A stretch of 20,000 bases of DNA, taken from the NCBI RefSeq assembly GCF_004010195.1, contig NC_057753.1, forward strand, positions 6,898,647-6,918,646, in the 5' to 3' direction. Under the pieces are notes generated by a model, which ran no database searches, was not told where the DNA came from, and saw only the letters and a list, made by a program, of their open reading frames with translations. Positions 1 to 8,984 of the stretch are shown one piece after another. Origin of the DNA: Chiloscyllium plagiosum. Its lineage: Eukaryota. The position numbers and the translations under genes were made by a program. Within the stretch, counting starts at the first letter, position 1. Each line of letters begins with the position of its first letter.

Positions 1-131
1 CTTCACATGAGGCTCCCAAGCACTGAGGATGTCACCTAGACAGGGGACGAAACGTCTGCAACACAAATTCTCAGCTCGGCGAACAGAACCACAACAACGA
101 GCACCTGAGCTAAAATCTTCTCCCAAACTTT
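1..131 (+). mobile_element. Penelope-like element terminal repeat (pLTR) fragment, family C, truncated by window start
   Basis: Contains the minimal hammerhead CTGAGGA...GAAACGTC typical of PLE pLTRs. The right boundary is approximate. Confidence 0.7.
20..59 (+). ncRNA. Minimal type-I hammerhead ribozyme with intact core
   Basis: Stem I gca(20-22)/tgc(57-59); CTGAGGA at 23-29; stem II gtc-a-cct/agg-g-gac (31-48) with agac loop; GAAA at 49-52; palindromic ACGT stem III; predicted GUC cleavage after C56. Confidence 0.8.
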
Positions 132-238
132 GTAAGTTGTATTATCCTGTTTAAGACATCTCCTGCACAGACATGGTCATGACCTTCATGGGTCCAGTTC
201 AGAGCTATACTTGAAGTTCCTCAGAAGCAGTTTCTCTC

Positions 239-388
239 TCCGACCAGGTGCAGGTGAGAAACATTCCCCGTAGCGTGACCATGTACAGCCGAGGGGAGAA
301 CACGAGACTGGCACAGCCCAGAGACCACGTTACCTTCACCGGCAACTTCCTCACCATGATGTGGACCAGGTTCAGGCAGGTAGTTCAG
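239..388 (+). pseudogene. MCM7: Isolated degenerate exon of DNA replication licensing factor MCM7
   Basis: Translates to [50 protein letters not shown], matching recalled vertebrate MCM7 [45 protein letters not shown]. Ends at donor CAG|GTAAGG (389). No AG at 237-238; conserved Gly residues replaced by Arg. Confidence 0.8.
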
Positions 389-428
389 GTAAGGGCTTGA
401 GGGGACAGGTCAGACTGGAGTCCAGCTG

Positions 429-1030
429 TTGAGTATAGGACCTGGGAGGTCATGTTATGGCTACACAGGACACTGGTTAGATCACTTTTGGAATATTGTG
501 CGCAGTTCTGGTCTCCCTCCTATCGGAACGATGTTGTGAAACTTGAATAGGTTCAGAAAAGATTTACAAAGATGTTGCCAGGATTGAAGGTTTGGGTACA
601 GGGAGAGGCTGAATAGGCTGGGGCTGTTTTCTCTGGAGCATCAGTGGCTGAGGGGGTGACCTTATAGAGGTTTATAAAATCATGGGTAGGATAAATAGAC
701 AAGGTCATTTCCCTAGGGTGGGCGAGTCCAGAACTCAAAGGCATATGTTTAGGATGAGACAGGAAAGATATAAAAGGGACCTAAGGGGCAACCTTTTCAC
801 ACAGAGGGCAGTGCTTCTATGGAATGAGCTGCCAGCAGAAGTAGTGGAGTCTGGTACAATTACAGCATGTTAAAAGGCGTCTGGATGGGTATATGATTAG
901 GAAGGGTTTCAAGAGAAATGGGCCAAGTGCTGTCAAATGGGACTAGATTAGATTAGGATATCTAGTCGGCCTTAACAAGTTGGACCGAAGGGTCAATTTT
1001 GGTGCTATACACCTCTATGACTCTCTGACT
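429..1030 (+). mobile_element. CR1 LINE 3' end (5'-truncated, degenerate)
   Basis: Encodes LVRSLLEYCAQFWSP and NLFTQRAVLLWNELP motifs with stops; ends in a ctctatgactctctgact tail. Confidence 0.9.
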
Positions 1031-1034
1031 GTCA

Positions 1035-1250
1035 GTCTCTGGAATCTCCTACAACCTCACAACCTTCCATGCACCCAGTGCTCCTTGATTTCTGACAGTT
1101 TCCATATTGCTGACCTACATTTGACCACCATCAATTGCTGAGATCCAAGTTGTCTCTCCTCATTGAAGATCTTAAGATCAACCTGTTTGGCCATGTGTGA
1201 ACTGTTGTGCAAGGTTTTACAGTTCTGTATAAATACAAGTCATTGATGTT
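1035..1250 (+). mobile_element. Old L2-type LINE/SINE 3' tail remnant
   Basis: ctctggaatctcc..., tctctcctcattgaagatcttaa...acctgtttg and terminal tataaatacaagtcattgatgtt resemble L2-derived tails; highly diverged. Confidence 0.4.
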
Positions 1251-1289
1251 ACCTGCAATGGTCAATCTCAACAAGATGACAGACCAAGC

Positions 1290-1430
1290 TTGTGTCCACT
1301 GAAGTTCAGAAGAGTTAGAGGTAACTTGGTTTAGACTGAGGGGACTTGACCATCCACAGTCAGACGAAATCTTAATGAATCACAAAGCAGGCTCGATGGG
1401 CCAAATGGCTTATTCCTGCATCTATCTCTT
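1290..1430 (+). mobile_element. Old CR1 3' fragment
   Basis: gttcagaagagttagaggtaac... and gcaggctcgatgggccaaatggcttattcctgc, a CR1 3' UTR stem motif. Confidence 0.55.
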
Positions 1431-1507
1431 ATTTTCAGCCATAGCGATTCAAGCACCCCATGCCCACAACTCTCAAAGGGGCCCTGTTCATCTAAGCTTG
1501 ACAATTC

Positions 1508-1590
1508 CAAAGATGTGCAGGTTAGCTGAATTGGCCATTCTAAATTACCTGAGTGTTAGGTGCACTAGTCAGGGTTTAAATGTAGAGTAA
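1508..1590 (+). mobile_element. HE1/V-SINE internal fragment
   Basis: ccaaagatgtgcaggttagctgaattggccattctaaatt matches the reverse complement of part of the SINE at 8602-8909. Confidence 0.7.
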
Positions 1591-1690
1591 TAAGAGACTC
1601 AACTGCGCAATGCAGGATCAGGAGTGTGAGGCAACCGTGTCATCAAATGTTTTGGAGCTGCCCTTTCTGGTAGCTACAGTGCTCCTGCCC

Positions 1691-2062
1691 ACCTTATAGA
1701 GGTTTATAAAATCATGAGGGGCATGGATAGGGTAAATAGACAAGGTCTTTTCCCTGGGGTGGGGGAGTCCAGAACTAGAGGGCATAGGTTTAGGGTGAGA
1801 GGGCAAAAATCTAAAATGGTCCAAAGGGACAACTTTTCCACACAGAGTGTTGCGGCTGCGGAATGAGCTGCCAGAGGAAGTGGTGGAGGCTATTAAAATC
1901 GCATTATTTAAAAGGTAGGTGAGTCGGTATATGAATAGGAACGGTTTCGAGGGATATGGATCAAGTGCTGGCAAATGGGATTAGATTAGGTTAGGAAATC
2001 TGGTCGGCATGGACGAGTTGGGCCGAAGGGTCTGATTCTGTGGTGTACATCTGTTTGATTCC
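1691..2062 (+). mobile_element. CR1 LINE 3' end
   Basis: Collinear with 660-1030 and with the CR1 at 12408-12858 (ccttatagaggtttataaaatcatg... to ...tgtacatct). Confidence 0.9.
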
Positions 2063-2089
2063 AACATTTCTGACGGACCAGCGCTAGGA

Positions 2090-2470
2090 CCCGGTAGGCA
2101 CAGAAGCCTGGAAGCGCCGCCCATAAGTGCGTCACAAAGCGGACCATGCATGTGCCGTACTCCCGAGGGAGCCAAGATGGCGGAGGCTAACCAGGATCTG
2201 ATCCCAGCTAAAATCCCAGAACAATATACATGCGGGATTTGCAGGTTGTGAATCGAAGTTTGAGGTACAGTATTTAGTAAGCGTTTGCGAACACTCCGGC
2301 ATTGCCTCCGCCGTCCCGCAGACCCTCCCCCGCGCCTGGAGATGTGATGAAAAAAACCCTCTATGAACATTGGTATTAATGTAACTGCGCATGCCCAATA
2401 CTCTAGCGGAGGGGAAACTGCACATGCGCACCTTTCATCACCGCGGCGCATGGTGGGTAAAGGCATTGTC
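2090..2470. promoter_or_regulatory. CpG-rich promoter-like region, probable promoter of the downstream ZNF gene
   Basis: Local CpG enrichment; YY1 motif CAAGATGGCGG at 2173-2183; ATTGG (CCAAT) at 2369; NRF1-like TGCGCATGC at 2386-2394; ZNF143/SBS-like GCATGGTGGGTAA at 2448-2460. Confidence 0.6.
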
Positions 2471-2474
2471 ATTT

Positions 2475-2568
2475 GCCTGTCCTCGGATGCTGCCTGAATT
2501 GCTGTGCTCTTCCAGCACCACTGATCTAGAATCTGGTTTCCAGCATCTGCAGTCATTGTTTTTACCAC
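2475..2568 (+). mobile_element. PLE family B pLTR tail fragment (segment downstream of the hammerhead)
   Basis: ggatgctgcctgaattgctgtgctcttccagcacc is the reverse complement of 19636-19670 and similar to the copies at 12900-12940 and 13030-13065. Confidence 0.75.
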
Positions 2569-2574
2569 CTTTAT

Positions 2575-2932
2575 GACATTGAAGGAGCCAGAGTTGGACT
2601 GAGGTGCACAAAGTTAAAAATCACACAACACCCAGGTTACAGTCCAACAGGTTTATTTGGAAGCATTAGCTTTCGGAGCGCTGCTCCGTCAGCAGGTGGT
2701 TGTGGAAAATACGAGAGTAGGACAGAGAATTTATCGCGAACGTTTACAGTGTGATGCAACTGAAATTATATATTGGTCTTTTTCAACATATAATTTCCAT
2801 TGCATCACACTGTAAACTTCTGCTATAAATTCTGTGTCCTCCGATCTTAACCTCCGCAACCACCTGATGAAGGAGCAGCGCTCCGAACCTGTTGGACTGT
2901 AACCTGGTGTTGTGTGATTTTTAACTTTGTAC
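2575..2932. mobile_element. Non-coding foldback element made of two inverted PLE family A pLTR ends
   Basis: Arms 2606-2775 and 2784-2932 are reverse complements around an 8-nt spacer (gtcttttt). Each arm has a hammerhead remnant (minus 2664-2698, plus 2861-2887). Confidence 0.85.
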
Positions 2933-3765
2933 CCCTCTGGGTCACTCACCATCCTGCTCTGGAACGGTATCAGCTCTCCTTCATTTTCCCCGGGTCGGAA
3001 TCCTGGCATTCCCTCCCTCATGTCGGTGTGGGTGCACTGCAGCGGTTCAAAATGCAGCTCACGGTTTTGTTTGGAGGAGCCGGTGTTGGACTGGGAAGTA
3101 CAAAGATAAAGATCACACAACACCAGGTTACAGTCCAACAGGTTTATTTGGAAGCACTAACATTCAGAGTGCTGCTCCTTTAGGTGGCTGTGGAGTACAG
3201 CCACAAGGCACAGAATTTACAGCAAAAGATTACAGTGTCATGCAACTGAAATGATGCATTGAAAGAAAACTTAGATTGCTGTTAAGTCTTTCATCTTTTA
3301 GAATGACCATGTTGTTTTCAGTTCTTTCATATATAAAACCCAGAACCTTCTTTGAAGTTGCATTCTCAAATGAACTTTAACAAAAGCTGCCATATCAGCC
3401 CAGATAATGCACTGAATGTGTGAGTCTGCCTGTACCTCAACGTTCAGATTGGTTCTAATCTAAAAAAGGGATTGACAGAATCTTACATGGATTTGTGCAG
3501 TTTTTGAGCAAGATAAAATGTAATTCTGCAAGTACAAATTCACCCCACTAACCTATATGTTGTGTGTGGATGTGGATATGTGTGTGGGGGGGAGGGGGGA
3601 GGGGGGGGGAAAGGGTTATAAGGCTGTGAGAAGGTGCATGTGGGAGTGTATGTGTGAGCATATGAGAGAGAGCTTATGTATGAGAGAGGGTCTGTGTGCG
3701 TGTGTGCATCTGTAGGTGTGTGTGTGTAGGAGTGTCAATGTCTATGTGTGTATAGTGCAGTGGGG

Positions 3766-4940
3766 TCACCTATAGTGTGATATGGACTCAAGGTCCCGTT
3801 TGAGGCCATCCTCATGGGTACCAAACTTGGCGATCAACTCTGCTTGGACACTTTGCACTGTTGCTCGTTCCGAAGTCCATCTTGTAGGATGGTCAACCGA
3901 AGGTCCGAGGCCGAATGTCTCAGACCGCTGAAGTATTCTCCGACTGCGAGGGAATACTCCTGTCTGTTGATTATTATGCAGTGTCCATTCATCCGTTACC
4001 GTAGCCTCTGCTCATTCTCACCAATGTACCATGCCTCAGGGCACCATTGCCTGCAGCATATGAGATAGACAACGTTGGCCAAGTCACATGAGTACCTGGC
4101 AAGTACATGGTGGAAGGTGTCCCCACATGTAATGGTGGTATCTGTGTCAACACTCCGACACATCTTGCAGCGTCTACCAGAACAAGGTTGTATGGTGATT
4201 TCCTGAAAGCCGGAAAGTTTGCTGTGAACAATGATCTGTTTGACGTTTGGCGGTTGTTTAAAGTCAAGAAGCGGAGGCGTGGGGAAGGTCTTGGCAAGGT
4301 GCTCATCCTCATTGATAATGTGTTGCAGGCTGCAAAGAACATAGCGTAGTTTTTCGACTCTTGGGAAATACTGGACAACGAAGAGTACCCGGTCGTTTGC
4401 AGCTCCTGTCTGTCTCCTGAGGAGGTCGTTACGCTTTCTCACTGTGGCACATCGGAACTGGTGGTCGATGGGTTGAGCATCGTACCCCATTCTTATGAGG
4501 GCATCCTTGAGTACCATCAGGTTCCTGTCAAGTTCCTCCTCATCTGAACAGATCCTATGTATGCGTAGTGCTTATCCGTAGGGAATGGCAGTTTTAATAT
4601 GTTTAACGTGCAAGGTGGAAGAGTGTAGTATTGTGAGGTTATCTGTGGGTTTTCGGTAGAGTGAGGTGCTGAGGTCCCCATCCTTGATGGAGATGCATGT
4701 GTCCAAGAATGATACAGATACTAGAGAATAGTCCATGATGAGTTTGATGGTGAGAAACTCTGTGATATCACTGTGTAGTTGTTTCAGTGTCTCCTTGCCA
4801 TGGGACCATAGGAAGAACATGTCATTGATATACCTGGTGTATAGTTTTGGTTGGAGGTCCTGCATATAGAATAAGTCTTGTTTGAACCTGTGCATGAAAA
4901 TGATGGCATATTAGAGTGCAATTTTGTTTCCTCTGGCTGT
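3766..4940 (-). pseudogene. Penelope polyprotein remnant: RT C-terminal part plus GIY-YIG endonuclease
   Basis: YTRYINDMF (degenerate YIDD), VSFLDTCISIKDG..YRKPTD, PCSGRRCKMC, NVVYLICC..WYIGE, terminal GLKRDLE..SHYR*. Contains stops and frameshifts. Confidence 0.9.
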
Positions 4941-5506
4941 TCATGCCACACTACAGGTGACCCAACTGCACTACATATGTGTGCACACACACTCCTACAG
5001 ACCCATAAGCTCACGCAGACCCTCTCTCATATACAAGCTCTCTCTCATACACTCACACACGCACCCTCTCACAGTCACTCATACCCCCCTGCATGCACAC
5101 ACCCACATGCACACATATTTAAGTTTGTGAGGTGAACTTGTACTTGCAGAATTACATTTTTATTTTGCTCATAAACTGCATGAATCCATGTAAGATTCTG
5201 TCAATCCTTTTTTTTAAGATTAGAAACAGTCTGAACATTGGGGCACAGACAGCCTCACACAGGGCACCTCACACCTTTAATGCATTATCTGGCCAACATG
5301 ACCCCTATTGTTAAAGTTCACTTCAGAAGGTAACTTTAAGAAAGTTCTGGGATTTAGATATTAAAAAAACTGAAACCAGCATGCCCATTCTGAAAGATGC
5401 AAGACTTACCAAACAATTTAGGTCTTTTTCAATATATAATTGCAGTTATATCACACTGTAAACCTTTCCTATAAATTCTGTGTCCTACAACTTTATACTC
5501 CATAAC

Positions 5507-5541
5507 CACCTGATAAAGGAGCAGCACTCCGAAAGCTAGTG
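5507..5541 (+). ncRNA. Minimal hammerhead ribozyme, core variant CUGAUAA (probably inactive)
   Basis: cac-CTGATAA-a-ggag-cagca-ctcc-GAAA-GCTA-gtg; palindromic AGCT stem III; G8 replaced by A. Confidence 0.7.
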
Positions 5542-5594
5542 CTTCCAAATAAGCATTTTGGACTATAACCTGGTGTTGTGATTTTTATCTCTCC

Positions 5595-5696
5595 CATTGG
5601 TAGCAATGTCACGGCGCATGCCCCTACTCCAGTGGGAAGGGGAACTACACCTGCATACCTTCATTACTGTGGCAGATGCTGGGTAAAGGCACTGTT
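5595..5696. promoter_or_regulatory. Second, diverged copy of the promoter module at 2368-2470
   Basis: cattggta..aatgt.ac.gcgcatgccc..tactc.ag.gg..gggaact.cac.tgc..acct.tcat.ac.g.ggc..atg.tgggtaaaggca.tgt is collinear in both copies. Confidence 0.7.
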
Positions 5697-5721
5697 ATTG
5701 CTGACATTGTTAGCTATAATT

Positions 5722-5846
5722 TCGACGTGCCGGTGTTGTACTGGGGTGGGAAAAGCTAAAAAGCTCCATGACATTGTAACCCTTTTGCTATAAATTCTGT
5801 GAGATATGGTCATGTTCCACACCTACCTGATGAAGAGGCAGCGCCA
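5722..5846. mobile_element. Small inverted PLE family A pLTR remnant with 5' half of a hammerhead
   Basis: gtgccggtgttgtactggggtgg (minus-strand pLTR end) joined to plus-strand tgctataaattctgtg...CTGATGA (5827-5833). Confidence 0.65.
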
Positions 5847-5859
5847 CCAACAGGAGGTT

Positions 5860-6375
5860 AATAGAAAGAAGAACTAAAGGAGGAGTGAAATTGAGCCAGT
5901 GTCGGAAAGGGAGGAAAGGCATTGAGCCAGGCATGAGGGTGGGAGAGCAGGAATGAAGCAAGGGGTGGAAGGGGGATGAAAGTAATGGATTGAAGGAGGA
6001 TGGTAGCAGAATGGAGTTGGTGTGGAGAGGAGGGAGAATAATGGAGTGAGGGAGGGGGAAGAGGAATCGAGCTGGAGTGGGAGGAGGGAGATTAATGGAG
6101 CTGGAAAGTGGGGGAGGGGAATGGAATGGAGCCAGGGCCTAAGCAGTGGGAGAGGAATGCAACCTGTTGAGTGTAGGGAAGAGAAGAGGAGAATACATCC
6201 AAGGTGAGGCGAGGAGAGGAATTGCATGCAAGGTGAGAGTAATGGAGTATAGGGTGGGACAAGGACTTGAACTAGGGGTTCGGGGTGGAGAGTAATGGAC
6301 ATATCATTCTAGGAATGGGGAAACGAATGGAGCCAGGTGTAGAAGGAGGTAGGAGAGGAATGAAGTCAGGTATTA
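5860..6375 (+). repeat. Purine-rich (GA) low-complexity tract with recurring aatgga motif
   Basis: Strong G/A bias on the + strand with repeated aatgga/aatgga-like words. Confidence 0.7.
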
Positions 6376-6559
6376 ACAGTGCCCAAGTCCTCAATAAGAT
6401 CATGCAGGATCCACGCTTGCAACTCTGTGGCATTTTCTGAGAAACAGTTTCAAACAGAGTCGAGTGCATGTGCGATCATCTTGGTAATGTAAAATGAGTG
6501 GACAATGCTTCATGTTCTCAGTGGCCAGAAGACTGGGTGAATGGTCAACTCTTCTGATC

Positions 6560-7065
6560 CAACTCCCCCAATAATGTTCTGACTACTCTCTCATTCCCTC
6601 ACATGCCCTTTGTGCTCTTCCTCACTCTGCCCCATGTTTCCTACTCATGGTCTCATTCATTCATCTCTCTGGCACTTGTAATCTTCATGTTGTGACCACA
6701 CTTCTTAAACTCTGGGCTCTCTACACCTCTTCACCTCCTTTTGTTCCTCTCCTACTCACACTCTATCCCTCTTTACCAGTTTTTCCCTGAATTACACCCC
6801 ATTCACTCTTTGTTCCGAGCTCTCTCGGTCTTTTGCTTTTCCCTTCTCTTTTTTTCTCGTTCACCATTTCTTTCCTGCTTCCCATCACAGGGGAACTTTT
6901 GGATGGTCCAGACTTTTTTTTTAAACAAGCTGGCAGCTTTCATGCTCACACGTTCCTCTTGTCTGCCCCAGAAATTATTGGACTCTTTCAGCTCCATATC
7001 ATTGTATTCTTTTGTCTTTTGGTCTGTTCTCTTGCTCTCTTTCTCACTCACTCTCTCACTGTTCT
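6560..7065 (+). repeat. Pyrimidine-rich (CT) low-complexity tract ending at the ZNF splice acceptor
   Basis: Strong C/T bias, followed by ttgacAG at 7084-7085. Confidence 0.65.
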
Positions 7066-7194
7066 GTTCGAAACAAACTTGACAGGGCATTAGCAAAGGA
7101 GGATTTGCAGTCGGGAACCTCGAACCAAGCATTGCACCAGGACTTAAGAGAGGCACCACATTTGTCATCAACAAAATATCATTGAATTTTGAAC

Positions 7195-8316
7195 ATGGAA
7201 GAAAAAGGCCCCCTTCAAACTAGGAAGGAACCATATACATGTTGTATGTGTGGACAAGGCTTCAGCCAATCAGCTGGCCTCACAAACCACAAATGTAGTC
7301 ACACTGGGAAGAAACTGTTCATCTGCTCAGACTGTGGGATGGGATTCGCTCAGTCAGCCCACCTCCTGCGACACCAGTGGGTTCACACTGAAGAGAGACC
7401 GTTAACGTGCTCTGAGTGTGGGAAGGGATGCACACACTCATCCAGTCTGTTGAGACACCAGCGAGTTCACACCGAAGAGAGACCTTTTAAATGTCCAGAC
7501 TGTGAGAAATGCTATAAAAGTACCAGCAGTCTGATGTCCCACCTCCGTGTTCACACTAACGAGAGACCTTTTAAATGTCCAGACTGTGAGAAATGCTATA
7601 AAAGTTCGGGAGAGTTGATGTCCCATCAACGTGTTCACACTGAGGAGAGACCGTATAAATGCCCAAACTGTGGAAAATGCTATAAAAGTTCAGGAGAGTT
7701 GATGTCCCATCTGCGTGTCCACACTGATGAGAGACCATTTAAATGCTCAGACTGTGGGATGTGCTTTAAACGTTCCAGTAATCTCACATCCCACAGCCAT
7801 GTTCACACTGACAAGAGACCATTCAGATGCTCTCACTGTGGGACTACGTTCAGGCAATCATCTCAACTCACTAAACACCAGCGAGTCCACACTGGGGAGA
7901 GACCCTTTACCTGCAATGAGTGTGGGAAAGGATTCACACAGTCATCCCACCTTCTCACGCACCAGCTAGTTCACACTGATAAGAGACCTTTTAAATGTTC
8001 GGACTGTGGGAAATGCTTTAAAAGTTCCAGGGAACTAATCCACCACTACCATGTTCACACTGAGGAGAGAGCATTTGCATGTCCAGACTGTGGAAAGTGC
8101 TTTAAAAGTTCTGGGGAACTAATGCGGCATCAACGTGTTCACACTGAGGAGAGACCATTCAGATGTTCTCACTGCGGGGCTGGTTTTAAGCGATCATCTG
8201 ACCTCATTGTACATCAGCGAATTCACACTGGAGAGAGACCATTCTCCTGCATGGACTGTGGGAAGGGATTCACTCACTCATCCAACCTGCTGAGACACCA
8301 GCGTGTTCACAAGTGA
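7195..8316 (+). CDS. C2H2 poly-zinc-finger protein, 13 tandem fingers, 373 aa from ATG, single coding exon
   Basis: Uninterrupted ORF with 13 CX2CX12HX3H units and T(G/E/D/N)(E/K)RP-type linkers; ATG at 7195 in AACATGG Kozak context; acceptor at 7085; AATAAA downstream. No KRAB, SCAN or BTB domain seen. Confidence 0.93.
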   Translation: MEEKGPLQTRKEPYTCCMCGQGFSQSAGLTNHKCSHTGKKLFICSDCGMGFAQSAHLLRHQWVHTEERPLTCSECGKGCTHSSSLLRHQRVHTEERPFKCPDCEKCYKSTSSLMSHLRVHTNERPFKCPDCEKCYKSSGELMSHQRVHTEERPYKCPNCGKCYKSSGELMSHLRVHTDERPFKCSDCGMCFKRSSNLTSHSHVHTDKRPFRCSHCGTTFRQSSQLTKHQRVHTGERPFTCNECGKGFTQSSHLLTHQLVHTDKRPFKCSDCGKCFKSSRELIHHYHVHTEERAFACPDCGKCFKSSGELMRHQRVHTEERPFRCSHCGAGFKRSSDLIVHQRIHTGERPFSCMDCGKGFTHSSNLLRHQRVHK

Positions 8317-8427
8317 CTGTGTTGAATGTTGCTGTTAACCACATAATGGAAACAACCATGTTCATTGTGTCTGTCGATGTTGATAACATCCAGTCTGGGT
8401 TTACATGTATAGCCTGAGTAAACGTCA

Positions 8428-8433
8428 AATAAA
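8428..8433 (+). terminator. Polyadenylation signal of the ZNF gene
   Basis: AATAAA about 110 nt after the stop codon, with ATTAAA at 8452-8457. Confidence 0.6.
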
Positions 8434-8601
8434 TCAGCTCTGTGTCAGTTCATTAAATATTCACAGTAGTTCATTCTGAAGGGCTCTCCCTCTCCCCGTC
8501 ACCTCCATCCTCACCTCCAACAAGTGGGAGGAACTCATGGAGCTTCTTTATCATGACATTGCGACAATCCAATCTTCCGTTTCTGTTGATTAGGTATATT
8601 T

Positions 8602-8909
8602 TTAGATTACATTACAGTATGGAAACAGGCCCTTCGGCCCAACAAGTCCACACCGACCCGCCGAAGCGAAACCCACCCATATCCCCACATTTACCCCTTA
8701 CCTAACACTACGGGCAATTTAGTATGGCCAATTCACCTGGCCCTGCACATCTTTGGACTGTGGGAGGAAACCGGAGCACCCGGAGGAAACCCACACAGAC
8801 ACGGGGAGAACGTGCAAACTCCACACAGTCAGTCGCCTGAGGCGGGAACTGAACCCGGATCTCTGGCGCTGTGAGGCAGCAGTGCTAACCACTGTGCCAC
8901 CGTGCCACC
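8602..8909 (-). mobile_element. Near full-length HE1-type V-SINE (tRNA head, V domain, CR1-derived tail)
   Basis: Minus strand begins ggtggcacggtggcacagtggttagc (A box) and gggttcagttcc (B box), then the V-domain gtttcctccgggtgctccggtttcctccc, ending in gggccgaagggcctgtttcc...taatgtaatctaa. Confidence 0.9.
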
Positions 8910-8984
8910 ATTTAGTGTCATGTGTATTTTGTTACAAATACTGCTCCACTCTCTGGCACCATCTTAGAGTCCTGGAGATGTCCA

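Larger units (their letters stand above)
3072..5587 (-). mobile_element. 5'-truncated Penelope-like retrotransposon (family A) with ~650-700 bp inverted terminal repeats
   Basis: Minus-strand RT and GIY-YIG remnants. Arms ~3100-3789 and ~4939-5587 are reverse complements, each with a TG/CA microsatellite and a hammerhead remnant. Confidence 0.9.

Noticed and set aside
2177..2251. MAEANQ...YTCGICRL* as a RING/TRIM start
   Set aside because: There is only one CxxC followed by a stop, and the ATG is part of the YY1 motif. Kept only as a speculative ZNF first exon.
1981..2568. 195-aa minus-strand ORF
   Set aside because: It spans a PLE tail, the GC-rich promoter and an antisense CR1 end; there is no coherent domain, so it is likely a chance ORF.
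3555..3755. TG-rich tract and G-run (G-quadruplex or Z-DNA candidate)
   Set aside because: It is part of the family A PLE 3' region, mirrored at 4975-5115 and 9625-9900, and is not locus-specific.
3072..5587. DNA transposon with long terminal inverted repeats
   Set aside because: The interior encodes RT and GIY-YIG rather than a transposase, and the inverted arms are PLE 3' ends.
5874..7174. Pro/Leu/Ser-rich and Glu/Lys-rich ORFs
   Set aside because: These are by-products of the purine and pyrimidine low-complexity tracts.
7477..8310. 84-bp periodic repeats resembling a CRISPR-like array
   Set aside because: The period equals one 28-aa zinc finger in a eukaryotic coding exon.
8835..8909. 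tRNA gene
   Set aside because: The A/B boxes are the head of the HE1 SINE and are followed by the V domain and CR1 tail.
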